From NCBI RefSeq assembly GCF_037042905.1, contig NC_087245.1, forward strand, positions 32,862,001 through 32,926,000: a stretch of 64,000 bases of DNA, given 5' to 3'. The DNA comes from Lytechinus pictus (Eukaryota). The notes beneath the pieces were generated by a model. It was not told where the DNA came from. It did no database searches and saw only the letters and a program-made list of their open reading frames with translations. Position 1 is the stretch's first letter. Each line of letters begins with the position of its first letter. Position numbers and translations under genes: made by a program. This document shows positions 49,322 to 63,395 of the stretch, piece by piece.

Positions 49322-52046
49322 TAGTAGTAGTATATTTTTTACAGTAAATGTAACTATTTGGAAACCATGTACACAAATTCAAAAAATAAAATGGCAAATA
49401 TAAAGCGCATCAATTAATGTTACACACCCCTTACAAATCTCTAAGCTTGATAAACGCTTTTCCAATATCGGTCTGAATAGCTCCTAAGCTTTCCTACATG
49501 TTAAATCACTATAATATTCACATATAGCCTCTGTATGCGTGGTAACTTCCCATTGACGGATATTCAACGGAAATTACCGATTATTTGTTCAGTCTTTCGG
49601 AGTTATGAAAATGATCGCATGCTGAGCAAAAATAAAATGATTAGCTCAATTTCCAACAATCAAACTATTTACATCGCCCAATTAAGACAGATATAGATAC
49701 AGTTTAATTAAACCAACATCTTTGGGAAATATTACATTAAGAATATTATTTTTTGGCAGTTTAAGATGTTTACTCTGTAGTGAATGGGAGAATACGCGTT
49801 GATAAGCCTTAGCGTCCCCCTCCGTTTTACATCACTTTTTATTTCATAATTTCTCTCTACTTTATTAAAGAAAGAAAGAAAGAAAGAAAAACATGTAGGA
49901 GTGTAAAGGAATTGGTGTAAATAAATGTCATTTGGGGATTCCTTAGATTCTAAAAGAGTGGCCATATCGATTTACTTGAAATTTGACCTGATGGACCTAC
50001 TGCCGCTTCTATGGCCCATAGCTGACAGTACTCTGCAAAAAACGTCGGGGTTAATTTAACACCAGCCTGGTATCTATATCGGACCACATCATGGAGGTGT
50101 TGAAGCAACATCGGTTTGGCGTTTAGGCTAACACCAATTTGGCATTTAAGCAACACCAATTAGTGTTAAACCAATATCGGTTTGATTCTTTACTTTTGTT
50201 GTTTCAACGCTTCTCTGTTGTGGACCGATACAGATACCAGTCGGCGTTTTTTGCAGTGTAAGGAGTTTTTGCACCGCAACGCATTCAAGAACACAGTAAA
50301 TGTATTGTAAATGCTCGTCAAAAGACAAAATACAGCTGGAAAGTCTTTGTCGAAAATTGGTGAACTGGAACAGCGAATTTCGTCCTAAATTTCGGAGCTG
50401 ACGAATAATTGCAAATATGTCGTTTGTCCAGAGTCCAGGACGAAACTGCTGTTTGGATACACCAATTTTCGATAAAGACTTCTTGGTTGTTCATTGTCAT
50501 GAAGGGCATTTGACAATATATTTTCTATGTTCTTGAAAGTGTCCTGCGAGGCGGTGCGAAAACTCGCTAGTGGTAAAAGAAACAGGAGTGTGGACAAGAT
50601 GTAAGCGAATAAATAGGAAGGGACGGGTGTGACGTAGGAGGAGGGCACAGAACACCTGTCCGAAATGTAAGGTCCTGATTAGAAGCATCCGCTATATTGC
50701 CAGAGAAAGTCCTAATCTCTTTTACGTTGAGAAGATGGATCACAGAGTCTTGTCCTCTCTGTCACGTAACCACAGGCGTCACGTACGACTCGGGATTGAA
50801 TCTATCCAAAAAAAATGTATAAGCTTATATTTGCAAGAATGGTAGGTTGGTTGTAAATCTAGTTGAATAATACCGATGTATTCATTTGCTTACTTAAATG
50901 ATTTGATTCTATTCAAGAAGATCCGAATTTGTTTGGAAATGTTGAAAATGTAAACGATCAAAATAATAAAGTACTGCAAAGTGTAAAAAAAAATCAGTGT
51001 GTTGCATTGTTTCATCTTTGTGATCAGACGCTTAAATGCATCATCTTTGTAACCCCCCCCCCCGGAAAAAAAAAAGAAGGGGGAGAGAACACTAACCGTG
51101 CGTGTTTTTATCTTGCCCTGTTTCTATTCAACAAAATAAACAGAGGGTCTTAGATCGCAATACAGTTTAGGACTACCCATATCCGTAATTGCCGTGTTCA
51201 TCACAGTAGAAAAAAGAATGATCCACTACGGACTAACAATACAAAGGCTAACCGGATATAGTACTGATCTCCACTTTTGATTTATTTACCTCAGCATTAT
51301 CATATCTCTCAGTCTCTCATAATTCATTTGTTTTATCCGTCACTTTTAATGATCCCTCTGCGTCACACTTTGATTTCACATCACGTGATCAAATAACAAT
51401 GTTAATGGGGGAAATGTCACATAAGCTGAATCATTCCTAGTTTCATGGTGAGTTTCTTTTTCTTTAATTTTATACTGGAACCACAAACTGTTATTTTTGG
51501 AATGTGACGTGCATGATTCTATTTTGTGTTTATTTATGTAGGATTTAAACAGATGAAATATGGCGTTTATCCCGGGAGATTAGTCCTTTGATTCAGTTAG
51601 GACTGATCTAAGAATGCGATGAAATGATTAATTGTAGAGTAACAATAAGATGTTATAACAACTAACCATTATTTGTTTAGATAAATTCAAGTGCCTAACT
51701 TATTTTAGACCATTATTATTTCGTATTACTGTTATTTTAGTAATGTTCCCCCTTCTTTGTATATTAGGTATTAGATTGTTTTTCAGAGGCGGCGTTATGG
51801 TATTTTCTGCGGGTTTGCGGAAGGGGGGGGGGGGCAAGATGGTCTGCGGGTTTGTTTTTCCTAAAAAGATATCACTATTTTTATAATTTTTAAATCATAG
51901 TGGATATAGCACCTTACAACATGTAGCACCCCTTATGACATTCTGATATCTTATCAATTTTCAATATAATTCTATCATTTCTATAGGGAAGGTAAAACTA
52001 AAACCAAATATAAGGTATTATATTTTTTTTAATAATAAACTAACAC

Positions 52047-52290
52047 GGGTCGTGTGGTCCAGTGGTTAAAGCATTCGACTCATAATCGCAAGGTTGTGAG
52101 TTCGAATCCCCACTCTGCCATTGTCTCCACTTTGATAAAAAGGCCCGAGAGTAATATCTGTCGTCTATAAGGTCAGCCATTATGAATGATTAATCTCGAC
52201 GTAAACTGTTTCCTAGGTAATTGGTTAAATACCAGCTTGGCGTTTACCAGCTGTCCTGCCGAGTTCCTAAGGGAGTTACCATAAACAGGA
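52047..52290 (+). mobile_element. tRNA(Met-like)-derived SINE
   Basis: A box TGGTCCAGTGG, CTCATAA loop, B box GAGTTCGAATCC. The acceptor stem does not pair and there is no immediate T-run terminator. 3' boundary approximate. Confidence 0.7.
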
Positions 52291-52811
52291 TAATGGTTAT
52301 CGATGAAAGATGGCTTCAGAAACATCTTAAATCCAAAATATTGTTATTTACGAAAAAAAATACAGAACAGTAAACAACATGTGCCAGTTTTCGAGATATT
52401 TACAGGAATCAATCACATGGTAACACGCAGCTATATTTCTAGTTCATTTGAAAACGCCCCTGACCTTAAGTATTACTAAGATGAAAGGGATTATTCGGCG
52501 ATTATATACTGCAATATAATTATTTATAAATATTGTGGTTTATTTTTGTCGTCTTGCAGGACCAGAAAATTGCATGTCTTTATCAAATTCACTTTTCAGA
52601 CTTTAGTTATTGTTGTTGTGTGGTTTTAAACGGCGCTCTTAAACAAAAAAAAATATATATGTATATGCGCCATTCAAAATTACAGCTTATAATTACTTAA
52701 CTTTGGTGAGTTTTTTTTTTTCAGTGGAAAACAGAGATAGAGATTTAAGGACTTCACGTCCAAGGACAAAAAAAAATAAAAAAATAAAAAAAATAAAAAA
52801 AAAATAAAAGG

Positions 52812-53070
52812 GTTAAGAAATTATGGATGTTGTACTTATTTTTGTTTTCATTTTCTATTTAAGTTCTAAAATTATGTTTTGATTTAATTTAGAAAATAAA
52901 AATATGTAATCATCATAGATGTACAAAAAATTCAAAATTTCTTGAAAAAAATAAAATTGTTAAGAAATTATATATGTTGTATTTATTTTTTACTTCATTT
53001 TCCATTTAAGTTCCAAAATTATATATTCATTTGATTTAGAAAATAATAATATGTAATCATCATACATGTA
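52812..53070. repeat. AT-rich direct duplication (about 110 bp core, period about 147 bp)
   Basis: gttaagaaattat...atatgtaatcatcata occurs twice. Confidence 0.8.
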
Positions 53071-56000
53071 TATTGCTTCATTCCCCTTTTGTAGATATCA
53101 ACTCATATTTATTGAGACGATGCCAAGTACAGTGATAAAATCAAATAAATTATATTGAATAATTGTCAATCAAAAATGACCACTACCGCAAAAACAGTAT
53201 ACTACTCCGTTAAGTAAGTGGCGCCTTATTTACATTTTATGACTCCTGCCTTTCATCCTTTAAAAAAATTAAACATAATTTCAAATGTCAATGAAAATGA
53301 TAAATAAATAAATAAAAGATAGGCCTATTGTACTCTTATGCAATTTTACACTCACCTTTTTGAACTGTAACGATCTCGCTCGTCGCCACATAGTTGAGAT
53401 TATAATACCTCTTCAGATAATATCACAAAGTATTTCCTTTATCCATAAACGACAAAATGAGAAATAAACACTATCCCTTTTATCCCCTTCAGCCCACGTT
53501 TTTCCTGATAAAGAATCCCTGATATTTGTTTCCCTGAGTGCAACCTTTCGAACCTTGATGCTCTTCGCTTTCTTTCTCAACTCTGATATATCACCAGCCA
53601 GTGAAAGAAACTCTTTCCCCTTCCCGAACGAAAAAAAAAAAAGTTTGAGATTAGGCTTAACGCCGTGTCTGGCACAGCGATGGCAGATACTTACCAATTT
53701 CTTCTTCTAAAACGGATGTCACCAACTTTCCCCTAAACCCTTGTACACAACCCTACCAAATTCCTCGGCATGCATTTCTCTATCTTCAAATTATTTTCCC
53801 TTAAATCCATGACTTCGTCATAAGTTTGCTTGGCTGGCTTCTTACTCATCCCCGTCAAATGAAAGTTCTAATTTTAGTTTCTCGCAATGATCAGGATGTG
53901 ATGATCGCTTGCACGGATTAAAGTTATATTATTTTGACTTGTAATATCTGTGGAAATAAAAAGTTAGATTGCGGTCGTCTTTTAACGGTTCCGCCCGGTA
54001 AGCGCGGTTCGTGTACGTGATGAGAGAAATGAGTCCAGTTCGAGTCTGAATCTCAGAAGGATATAAAAGCAAACCAACAGGAGTGGATCCAATACCAAGT
54101 CTAGTTGCCCTTTTATTCTTATTGAACTTTCATTCAAATTGTAGAAAAATCGTGGATTGTGAAAGGTAATGATAATAAAGATTAATAACACATTAACACA
54201 ATACAGGTACATCTTAGTACTTCGGATTAAAGTAATATGAGCTTACTTGACATGTTGTTTCAAGTAGCTACATCGGCCAAACATCATCCATCTCATGTGG
54301 TCACCGTGTATTCAACCAAGAAGAGCATTTCATTTTTCCAGAATCTTTAAGGGATTATTGTGACCTGCAAAATGTTCGCCATTGCTAAATTAAAATTTTC
54401 CCCATCACCATGAAGTTAAGTGCCTTAAATTTTCATGTGAATTAAAAAAAAATCTTAAATTGATGAAACTATATTCATGGTCAAGATAAAGATAATGGAA
54501 ACTTGTAATTACATCTTTTTGAAAATGGTTTCATACTAAAAGTAAAAAAAAAGAAGGGAATATGACATAATTGGGAAGCGCAGCCCGATGGCGTACAAGA
54601 ACAACGTCTCTTGTTTTAGAGTAAGCTCCTCTGGCGCAGCACCGTCGAGTTTTGAGGTGATCGAGACTCACCCGATTTTCGTGACGACAGTACTTTACTC
54701 CTACTTTATCCACGTTCTAAGATATTTGTACAGATTTGAAAACACCCTTTCAAGAAATAATTTCGGAAAGTAAGATCCCTGTTTACAAGATAACCTGCTT
54801 ACACTTTGTGGTCTTAATTTGTGTAATTGGGCAATAGCGGGCAGTAGATACGGGCTGTCCTTAATCACAGCAAGAGAAGATCTGGTTAAAAATACGGAAT
54901 CGCCTTTCTGCACCTGGTTGTTTCCCTCGTGTAATTTGACAAAATTTGTCACTTTACTAGAAATTAGTTCAAAAAGATAAAGAAAGCAGACAAACCTGCC
55001 CTTGAGACTGAATGGCTTACTTTCACGCAGTTCTAAGTCATTCAGTCGGTCGGAGTGAGCGAGGTTGTACAAGCTGTTCATTTCAGCGCGCTGGTGACTC
55101 ACGCCGCCATATTTAGACCTGGCTGCCGCAAAGTTGTCTGACGCTCGGAAACGGGCCCAAGTTCGGTGTCAGGCTCCCGCTGGCAACCGTTCAAGATGGG
55201 GGACTGATTTAGTAGCCGAGTAGGAAGATGGGAGTAGAGATCTGGCCAAATTGTGATTGTTTCTGACAAGTCACAAGGCTGTGAGCGTGCCCGTTAACAC
55301 TTGGGGAATAGAGACCTCGAGACTCTAAATGCCCGGGAAAAATGGCGGTTTGGGACAGTCACGTGGTCGGCCGAGGTCTGTATCATGTTCGTCACACCTT
55401 ACAAGAACAGAATAATTCACGAGGTCTAAATGTTCATAGAAAATATCTTTAATAATTTCGCAAGGACTTCCCAGTAAAAATATACTTAGACCCTTTAAAA
55501 TACATGATATCGGATTGTGGTAGGAGATAATGTTTGTTTCCCCATTTTATTGTCAAGATTTTGTGTTTGCGTATGATGTTTTAATGGCATCTAGACCTTC
55601 AGAATTGCCATCTTTAAAAAGGTACAACCATAATACACTAAATGACTCAGAATGTATTTGTTTCCATTTTGCAAAGTATGACGTTATTTTATAGATACCA
55701 CTTTAGATCACAGATTAGGGATTTTTATTTGCATTGATTTTCCAAGACCTATAAATGCTCCAAAAATGTCGTAAATGCTGCATTATCATGGCGTATATAT
55801 TTACAAAAGATATTGACATTGAAAGGGCAAACTAAGTTGAAGATGTTAACGTGTATGGCGAATAAAAATTAATGTTTTTATTCGCTTCTTAATTCTTTAT
55901 CTATTCTGCATGAATGTTACCCCATAAGAAGGCGACAATAATACAACTTCCTTTTGCACCCGTCGACGTGTTTCCGTAGTATTATTTCATTTACAGGTTA

Positions 56001-57522
56001 TTAAAGTTTTCGCATGGTAATTAATGGCTATGTTACAGGCTCATCATACCTCCCGTTCAACCTAGCCAATATTGTGAAAGTTGGGTTATCCAGGTTGTGT
56101 CATCTTTTACGATGTAATCAGCTTAACGAAGAGGTGTCGACGTTACTCCCGATGGCATTTACATGTTATTACTTCATTGTATACATTGGTCCGTGATTTA
56201 CGGAGCCTTAATCCTATGAAAGGAAACTTTCGCTAAAACATTGATCAATTCCTGGTCAATCTGATAGAGGTTCGTTGCAAAAAGAGTTGCGTTTAAAAAA
56301 AATCATGCTGAATTCCAAACTGCGCTTCTTTGATTGAATAAGATTTAAGTTCTGAATGCGCTTCTTTGGTTGAAATCAAGTTCCGAACGCCTTCTTTGAT
56401 TGGATGAAAATGAAGTTGAGATTTTTTTTAGTTGCGTTTAAAAGCAGAACCCAGAGGTTTTCAGGAGCGCAACAAATTCTAATGGTTTAATTTTGAATTT
56501 TCTCAAGGCAGTGGTGACTTAATGCACCGAGGAACCAAAAATAAGCGTATGATGCAAGATGAACAAAATTAAGGAAAAAAATGTGTCCTTATCTAAAAAA
56601 GGTGGTCGAAAAGTACAGATTGACTCAAAGATTACATTTTACGGTCATGTACATACGATAGCCTTTAAGCTAGGCCGAAGCAATGTTATAATGTAACGAC
56701 CATTTGGAAAGGTTTCTTTGCTTGGACTTTCAGAACGCTTTTTAGAGACATTCTAGAATTCACAAAAGCAAGTAAAGATTGGAAATACAATAAAGGAACA
56801 GTTATCCATGCTTTTCATCTAAAATTCAAAGCAAATAATAATGATAATGAATAAAGTATGCAGGTTTTTTTTTTGTTTTGCAAACCTACAAATCCAAAGT
56901 GTCGTCATGAATAATGTTCTACTTTAAAAAATTCGTATACCCAGGTCTCTGCAAAGAAGACCTAATCATGGAACTACTTGTCTTATGGTACTCTTGGAAA
57001 CAGCTCACATTCCTGTCGACTATAATAAAATACCCCGATTTTTTTTTCTTGGAATCGGAGATTTAGTCAGAATGATCCTTACTTAGACAACAATCCTCAA
57101 ATCGGCACTCCATGTAATCTAACGGATCAAGTAGATCAATTTTTGTCTGGAAGCTACCGGAGGATATCGTGTCTGTCGACCCACTAATCAGTAAAATGTA
57201 TCGATGAACATCATTTCTATAATCACCAGAAGTTAAGAATCTTTATTGCTGGCAACAGTATAATTTTCTTCAACGTTATTAAAACAGATACGCTTATAAT
57301 TCGCTTTTAGAGAAAGAATGAGACAAGTGAAACCTCCATTTTGAAAGAAATGGTAACGGCATCTTAACAATACAGATACTGTCCACTCAGTGGAAAGTGT
57401 TCTCGTTGTATGATATCTTCACCTATAGGGACATTTCCATCTTGTCCAGAACGTAATCATCAATACAAAGGGGATAATGCTGAAGATGGGACACTCAGTA
57501 CTATTTTAAAGAATGAAACCAG

Positions 57523-58685
57523 AAGATGACATGCTTGGACGAAACGATGTACATCGTTTAGATAACGGATCAGTGTTCATTAATCTTAATCAAATTCTAT
57601 TTAAAAATTATGCAACCCATGGTCGCGAGAGCATATCGATTACGTTAATAAATCGAAAAATATAAGGTTCATCATAATCATTATTATCTTATCATCAAAC
57701 AACAAATATTCAAAGTGTTTTATCTACTGAACTTGAAAACTTCTTGACCGACGTCTCTAGGATTCTAATCTGACGTTACGGATGTGTTGTGGCAAAACAA
57801 TAAAAATTTTGTCATAGAATAATTCGGTTTTTCCCTTTTCAAGATTTGAAATGAATGACGTCTTTGATCAAAAATTATTTTTCTCCCGTACGATAGCTCA
57901 AACTACTATTCTGTTCCTGAAAAAATAAACTTGAACTTGGCATTCATGATCGTGCAGACCTTATTTCTTTAACAAGACATTTTGTTCACTATTCCGTACC
58001 CTCGAGACATAACCGCTAATAATGTGAAAAAGAGATAAATTGCGATGAAGATTTGCCATATAGTATCAAATTTCAATAATAACGAATTGGGTATTATACA
58101 CACCAAAGATGACATGCTTGGACGAAACGATGTACATCGTTTAGATCACGGATCAGTGTTCATTAATCTTAATCAAATTCTATTTAAAAATTATGCAACC
58201 CATGATCGCGAGAGCATATTGATTACGTTAATAAATCAAAAAATATAAGGTTCATCATAATCATTATTATCTTATCATCAAAGAACAAAGTTTCAAAGTG
58301 TTTTATCTACTGAACTTGAAAACTTCTTGACCGACGTCTCTAGGATTCTAAACTGACATAACGGATGTGTTGTGGCAAAACGATAAAAATTGTGTCACGG
58401 AATAATTCGGTTTTTCCCTTTTCAAGATTTGATATGAATGACGTCTTTGACCAAAAATGAATTTTCTCCCGTACGATAGCTCAAATACTATACTGTTCCT
58501 GAAAAAAATAAACTTGAACTTGGCATTTACGATCGTGCAGACCTTATTTATTGAACAAAACATTTTGATCACTATTCTATACTCTCTAGACATAACCGCT
58601 AACAATGTGATAAAGAGACAAATTACGATGAAGATTTGCCATATACAGTATCAAATTTCAATAATGACGAATTGGGTATTATACA
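57523..58685. repeat. Tandem duplication of about 580 bp (57523-58100 and 58106-58685)
   Basis: Both copies begin AAGATGACATGCTTGGACGAAACG and end GGGTATTATACA, with scattered substitutions. Confidence 0.95.
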
Positions 58686-61227
58686 AACTGAGAATCAAAA
58701 TGGTATTTACACAGTCATTGACAAGATAATCAAACAAAGTCCGCTAAAATACTCCATTATGAAATCTAGTTCTTGTAATTTATCATTTTTCTGTTGTGTA
58801 TTGACTAATAGAGCCAATTCTTGCTTGGTTGGCCTTTTTTTCATAAAAATTTATCGCAGTGCTTATTTCTTAATAAAATGAGCGGAAAGGTCGATTGATA
58901 CTGTACATAACAACACCATGCACTCAGATATTAATGTACTGAAATAAACTTGCTTGCATTGGATCGAACAGTAGACTGCTTTGGGGGAATTGGAAATGAT
59001 CGTTCTTTGGGAGTATCTGTCTCGGTTTACAGACAAAAATAAAACTAAATAAATCACACATTAATTTGTGACTCACTCAAAGACGAGACGAGACACATCG
59101 TTGCCAAGTTAGAAAAATAGAACATCAGAAAGGTGACTTTCACTGTCACCTAGCTCTATACATCAAGGCATAACAAGGAGACAGCCTGGAGAATACAGGC
59201 ATCTTTCCATCAAAATTTGAAAAAGAAAATATTTGACCTGAATTTTTTGATAAAGTGCATTGGAATAATTGTGATTCCTTACAAATATAACTTTCCTCAC
59301 GCAAAAGCGAGTTTCGTATAAAGAAGCATTGCGTAATATTTTCCGTCTCATACTAGGTACCCAATAACTGGATTGAACGATTGAACGAGGGGGTGGTGTT
59401 GTATATCTTTCAATCTACTCAACAAGAGTACATGTCATCTGATTCATTTTTTAGATGCATCGTCATCGAAGCCTGTAATATTTGACATATTTCCATCTTC
59501 TAAAAGAAATGTAAAATAATTTTGGTTATTTTTGGTAACCCAAACCCTACAAAACGACCGCTAGCAATTGGACATGTTATTGCCTTTTTTTATTTAACCA
59601 GATAAAACTCCCAAATTATGTCGGTATGATCTGAGGATATTTACCTGTGACACTAGGTGATGATGACAAACGTAAGAATCCTATGAGTTGGTAGTGAGAT
59701 GAGCCAACAAAGATGCTCACCGGGAGGAAAAAAAGGGGGACTCAAAGACTTCGAACAAATTCAGCCAGTTAAACCAACTCCGCCAGTGCCTGCCTCAATG
59801 TTTCTTCCGAAGCAAAGGGGGAGGGGGAAGAGAGACGAGGAGTAGGAGAGGGCTTCCCACTTGGTGTTAATCGTCCACTGTTAGGCTGTCGAAGTGGGCT
59901 CTCCACTCGCAACACCTCAGTTTTGAATCTTTCACCAATCTGCCAACGACAGTTGGACTCTGCCTTTGCCCATCCACCGAGAGACAGACGTACAGCTAGC
60001 CGAGCCTGCTCGCCTACTACAACTCAATGTGACGTTGGTACATGGGGCCTCAAAACCACCAGACCCGATAGGAGAGGGGAAGGGTGCTAGCAGACGATGA
60101 AGTCACTCGCATGAGATGCGCGCGCCGCCTCAACTTTTTTTTTGGCCGTGACTCTTTATTGGCGTTGCCGATTTAGTGATGAGATCACTACACCGAAATC
60201 TGCCTTGGGTGCCTGGTCCCATCTCATGTGTCACGAGCCAGCGACATGTCAGTAAGAAGTTGCCTTTAATTCAATTAGCGGGGGAGCGGTAACTACAGGT
60301 TACCAAACTTCCTATTTGAATCAGCTTTTAAGTCATAGGCTACCGAACAAGTAGGTCGTTTTTACTATAACGCAATGCTCACATATGGTCTGCCTGTCTG
60401 TCGCGTATATCCACGTTGCTACATCTGTGCGTTTATTTGACGAAGCTCTTTTTAAAACATGTTAAAGGTTGATTCAAATCATCTCACGTTATAATGTTAC
60501 ATAATATAAAGCCCCCTTTTTGGACAATAATATCATATTTACATTTGAAGTAAATTTTATATACCGTGCCAATTCCACAAAAACTATGAATTTGCCCAAA
60601 ACTAATAACAACATCTATCAGATCTATGTTTGGTCTATAATAACTATAATTATCAAAGGCCTTTCGTCTGAATTGTAACTCATTAAGGTCAAATGAAAAT
60701 CACAGTTTGATTTCTTCAGAGAACCCGATGTGGATGCAAATGTTATATTGAATCTTAATCGATATATTCTATTGTTCAATTCTCTCACAAACGCCAGGGT
60801 CATGTTTCATAAAGACTAGTTATGGTTACAAAATGTACAAAGTCTACAACAAATTTACTGTTAACCAATCAGATTGAATTATTTCAGTAACTTTGAACAG
60901 TTACTGAAGTTTATTATTGTTACAAGATTTATGAAACGGGTTCCAGATTGATTTGCGGGTGTAAATTTAGAACACTGGCAAAAGGGAAACGTGATGAAAT
61001 GATGCTTTTTTAGGAAATACAAAAAAAAAATTCACGCCAACTAACAAAATGTTATCACAGATCAAGACATTAACACTACGACACAACGTCAGTGACAATA
61101 ATCACATAATATCATATCAACAAAATACGCTAAAACATAAAATACAAAGTTTTAGAATCAATATGAGTCAAAAGAATTGAGAAATACAAATTATGCAAAA
61201 TAACAAAAAGAAGAAAAGTCAAGATAA

Positions 61228-61871
61228 GGCTAAGGTCACACCCCCAATTAGCCTGCTCGGCGACCGGGTTGCGAGTTTTTAGCCGATTTCGCCCGGGTAC
61301 CGAGCGGCGGCCGTCCAGTTGGCACCAATGGTTTTGGGGGGCATCGCTCGGTCGCCGCTTAGCACGGAGTTAAAATTCTGGCGGCTTCTGTTCACTTTTC
61401 ACTCGCCGCCCTAAATACGCTCGGTGCCCGGGTGGTCACCGTTCGGGCGCCGACGTAATAGAGCAGTCGCCGTTGAACGATTTAGGTAAAAAATTGAACT
61501 CGTTGGATCAAAGGATCTCGAACGGTCATAGGCCAGTCGCCGACCACTGGCCGCTCAGAGATCGGTCGATGATCTCGCGGTTAATTCAAGATCGGCTGGG
61601 CGATTACTTAAAAGTAGGCCGGTGGCCGGTGGCCGGTGGAAGATCGCCCGGGAATCGGTGGGTCGTCAGCCGATCACTGCTCGGGCAACAAACAGATAAG
61701 TTCCCGAATTGACCCAGATTTGGCCTTGAGTAATGGGTAATCGACCGGGCACTGCTAGGCCCCCGATAAGTCTTTTTCAGCCCGCTCGACTTCTACAAAA
61801 ATCGTTGGGCGATGCAAAAATTCCAGTGGCGCCTAATTGGTCGGTCGCCGGTCTGAGTTGTTACTGAGGAC
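61228..61871. mobile_element. GC-rich Harbinger-like non-autonomous element
   Basis: Sharp GC island flanked by TAA/TTA; degenerate TIR GGCTAAGGTCACAC; inverted CCAATTAG and CGGCGACCG motifs near the ends. Confidence 0.6.
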
Positions 61872-62884
61872 TTACACAATTTCATCAAAAATAAGAAAAT
61901 TATATTAAAATGTTCGCTTAATTTCGTAAAACAGTTATATGCGCATCCTGGTCGGTATGCAAGTGGGGGAACCGACGACCCCGTCCACTCACTATTTTTT
62001 AATACGAAATGTGAAATATTCTATTTTCTACTTAATATAATGTGATGTGATTTCGTTACGAACAAGTGTAATTGCAATTACACAATTATACACCTATTTT
62101 GATTAAATGAAGAATATTGTTAGCGTCAAATGTGTAGAATTTGATATTGCTAGGTTAAAACAATATAATCCAAACGAAAACAATGTCGATTCTTAATAAT
62201 TTATTATACCATAATCATATGATACCTCATACGTTAAACTTGCACGAAAAGTCGATGTAGACACGTTTAGAAAGAGACCCATCACATTTCATATTTCACT
62301 CCGGTTTTCACGTGTTATATCTCATTGCAAAACGCGTGCTTTCTTCCGATCCTTGCATCACCTTGAGTAAATACTATAACAATAATGCAAACATGATACT
62401 AGGAATTAATTTAAGTGTTTTGTTTGTTGTATATTGATAAGATAAGTATTCGACTGTTCGTAGATATACCACTCATAATTTGAACATAGTCTGCTAACTA
62501 TAGTAAGCTTGTGAATAGCCAGTCTAATTTAAACATTTTGAAGGACAATGTAACCTTGCTTTGAGGCCGCCTCTTAAACACAGTTTGCAAGGTATAACTT
62601 CTTTCTAATTAATCAGGTTGATATCTTGATTTGATGTATATCAAAAGTAGACAATATCAAAATTGCATAGTGTCGTTATAGTTCAAAACAATGTCAAAAG
62701 GTAATTTCGCAGTTGACATGCGTCTTGTGTCAGACTCATCCCTCTCTCTGGCATGAAATTAAATTTAAAAAAAAATGAAAGTATTTTGGTATTTATATTT
62801 GTCCGGATAACCATATTCATGGACTTCGGTCAGATACAGTTTACAATTCTTCACATCCATTTTTTTGCCATATCTATCAAAATC

Positions 62885-63010
62885 CAGTCGAAAACACCCG
62901 TTTTAACATTCCTTTATACCAGCTACATAAAGATGGTTTGAATAAAAATGAATAAAACTGCTGTTTTCGACTCGCCCTACGGCCGCCGTAGGGGAAATGT
63001 GACTGAGGTA
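62885..63010. mobile_element. Second copy of the 9880-10020 palindromic repeat
   Basis: Shares gtcgaaaaca...ggtttgaataaaaat...gctgttttcgactcgcc...aaatgtgac.gaggta. Confidence 0.75.
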
Positions 63011-63045
63011 CCAATGTGTAATTTTCCAGAAGAACGACGTGCAAT

Positions 63046-63105
63046 CAGTGGCGTACCTAGGATTTTCCACAGGGGGGGCAAAACCGTCCGGCAAAAAATT
63101 TGACA

Positions 63106-63143
<38 letters not shown>

Positions 63144-63188
63144 TCTTCGATCACATATAAAGGATTTCGTACCAGAAAAAAATTGACA

Positions 63189-63219
<31 letters not shown>

Positions 63220-63395
63220 GGTTTTCAAGCTCGTCAGAGGGGCATTAAAGGTCTTGAAGCTCTAGAAGCTCGTCAGGGGGGGCAAAAAAGGTTTTTCAAG
63301 CCCGTCAGGGGGGGCAAAGATACGTTTTTGCATGGGTTGTGACTCGTCAGGGGGGGCAGAGTGCCCCCCCTGACCCCCCCGTAGGTACGCTAGTG
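63046..63395. mobile_element. hAT-like MITE
   Basis: CAGTGGCGTACCTA...TAGGTACGCTAGTG TIRs; 8-bp TSD CGTGCAAT; internal poly-A and CTCGTCAGGGGGG repeats. Confidence 0.9.

Noticed and set aside
52047..52120. tRNA-Met gene
   Set aside because: The acceptor stem does not pair and the sequence continues into a SINE-like body.
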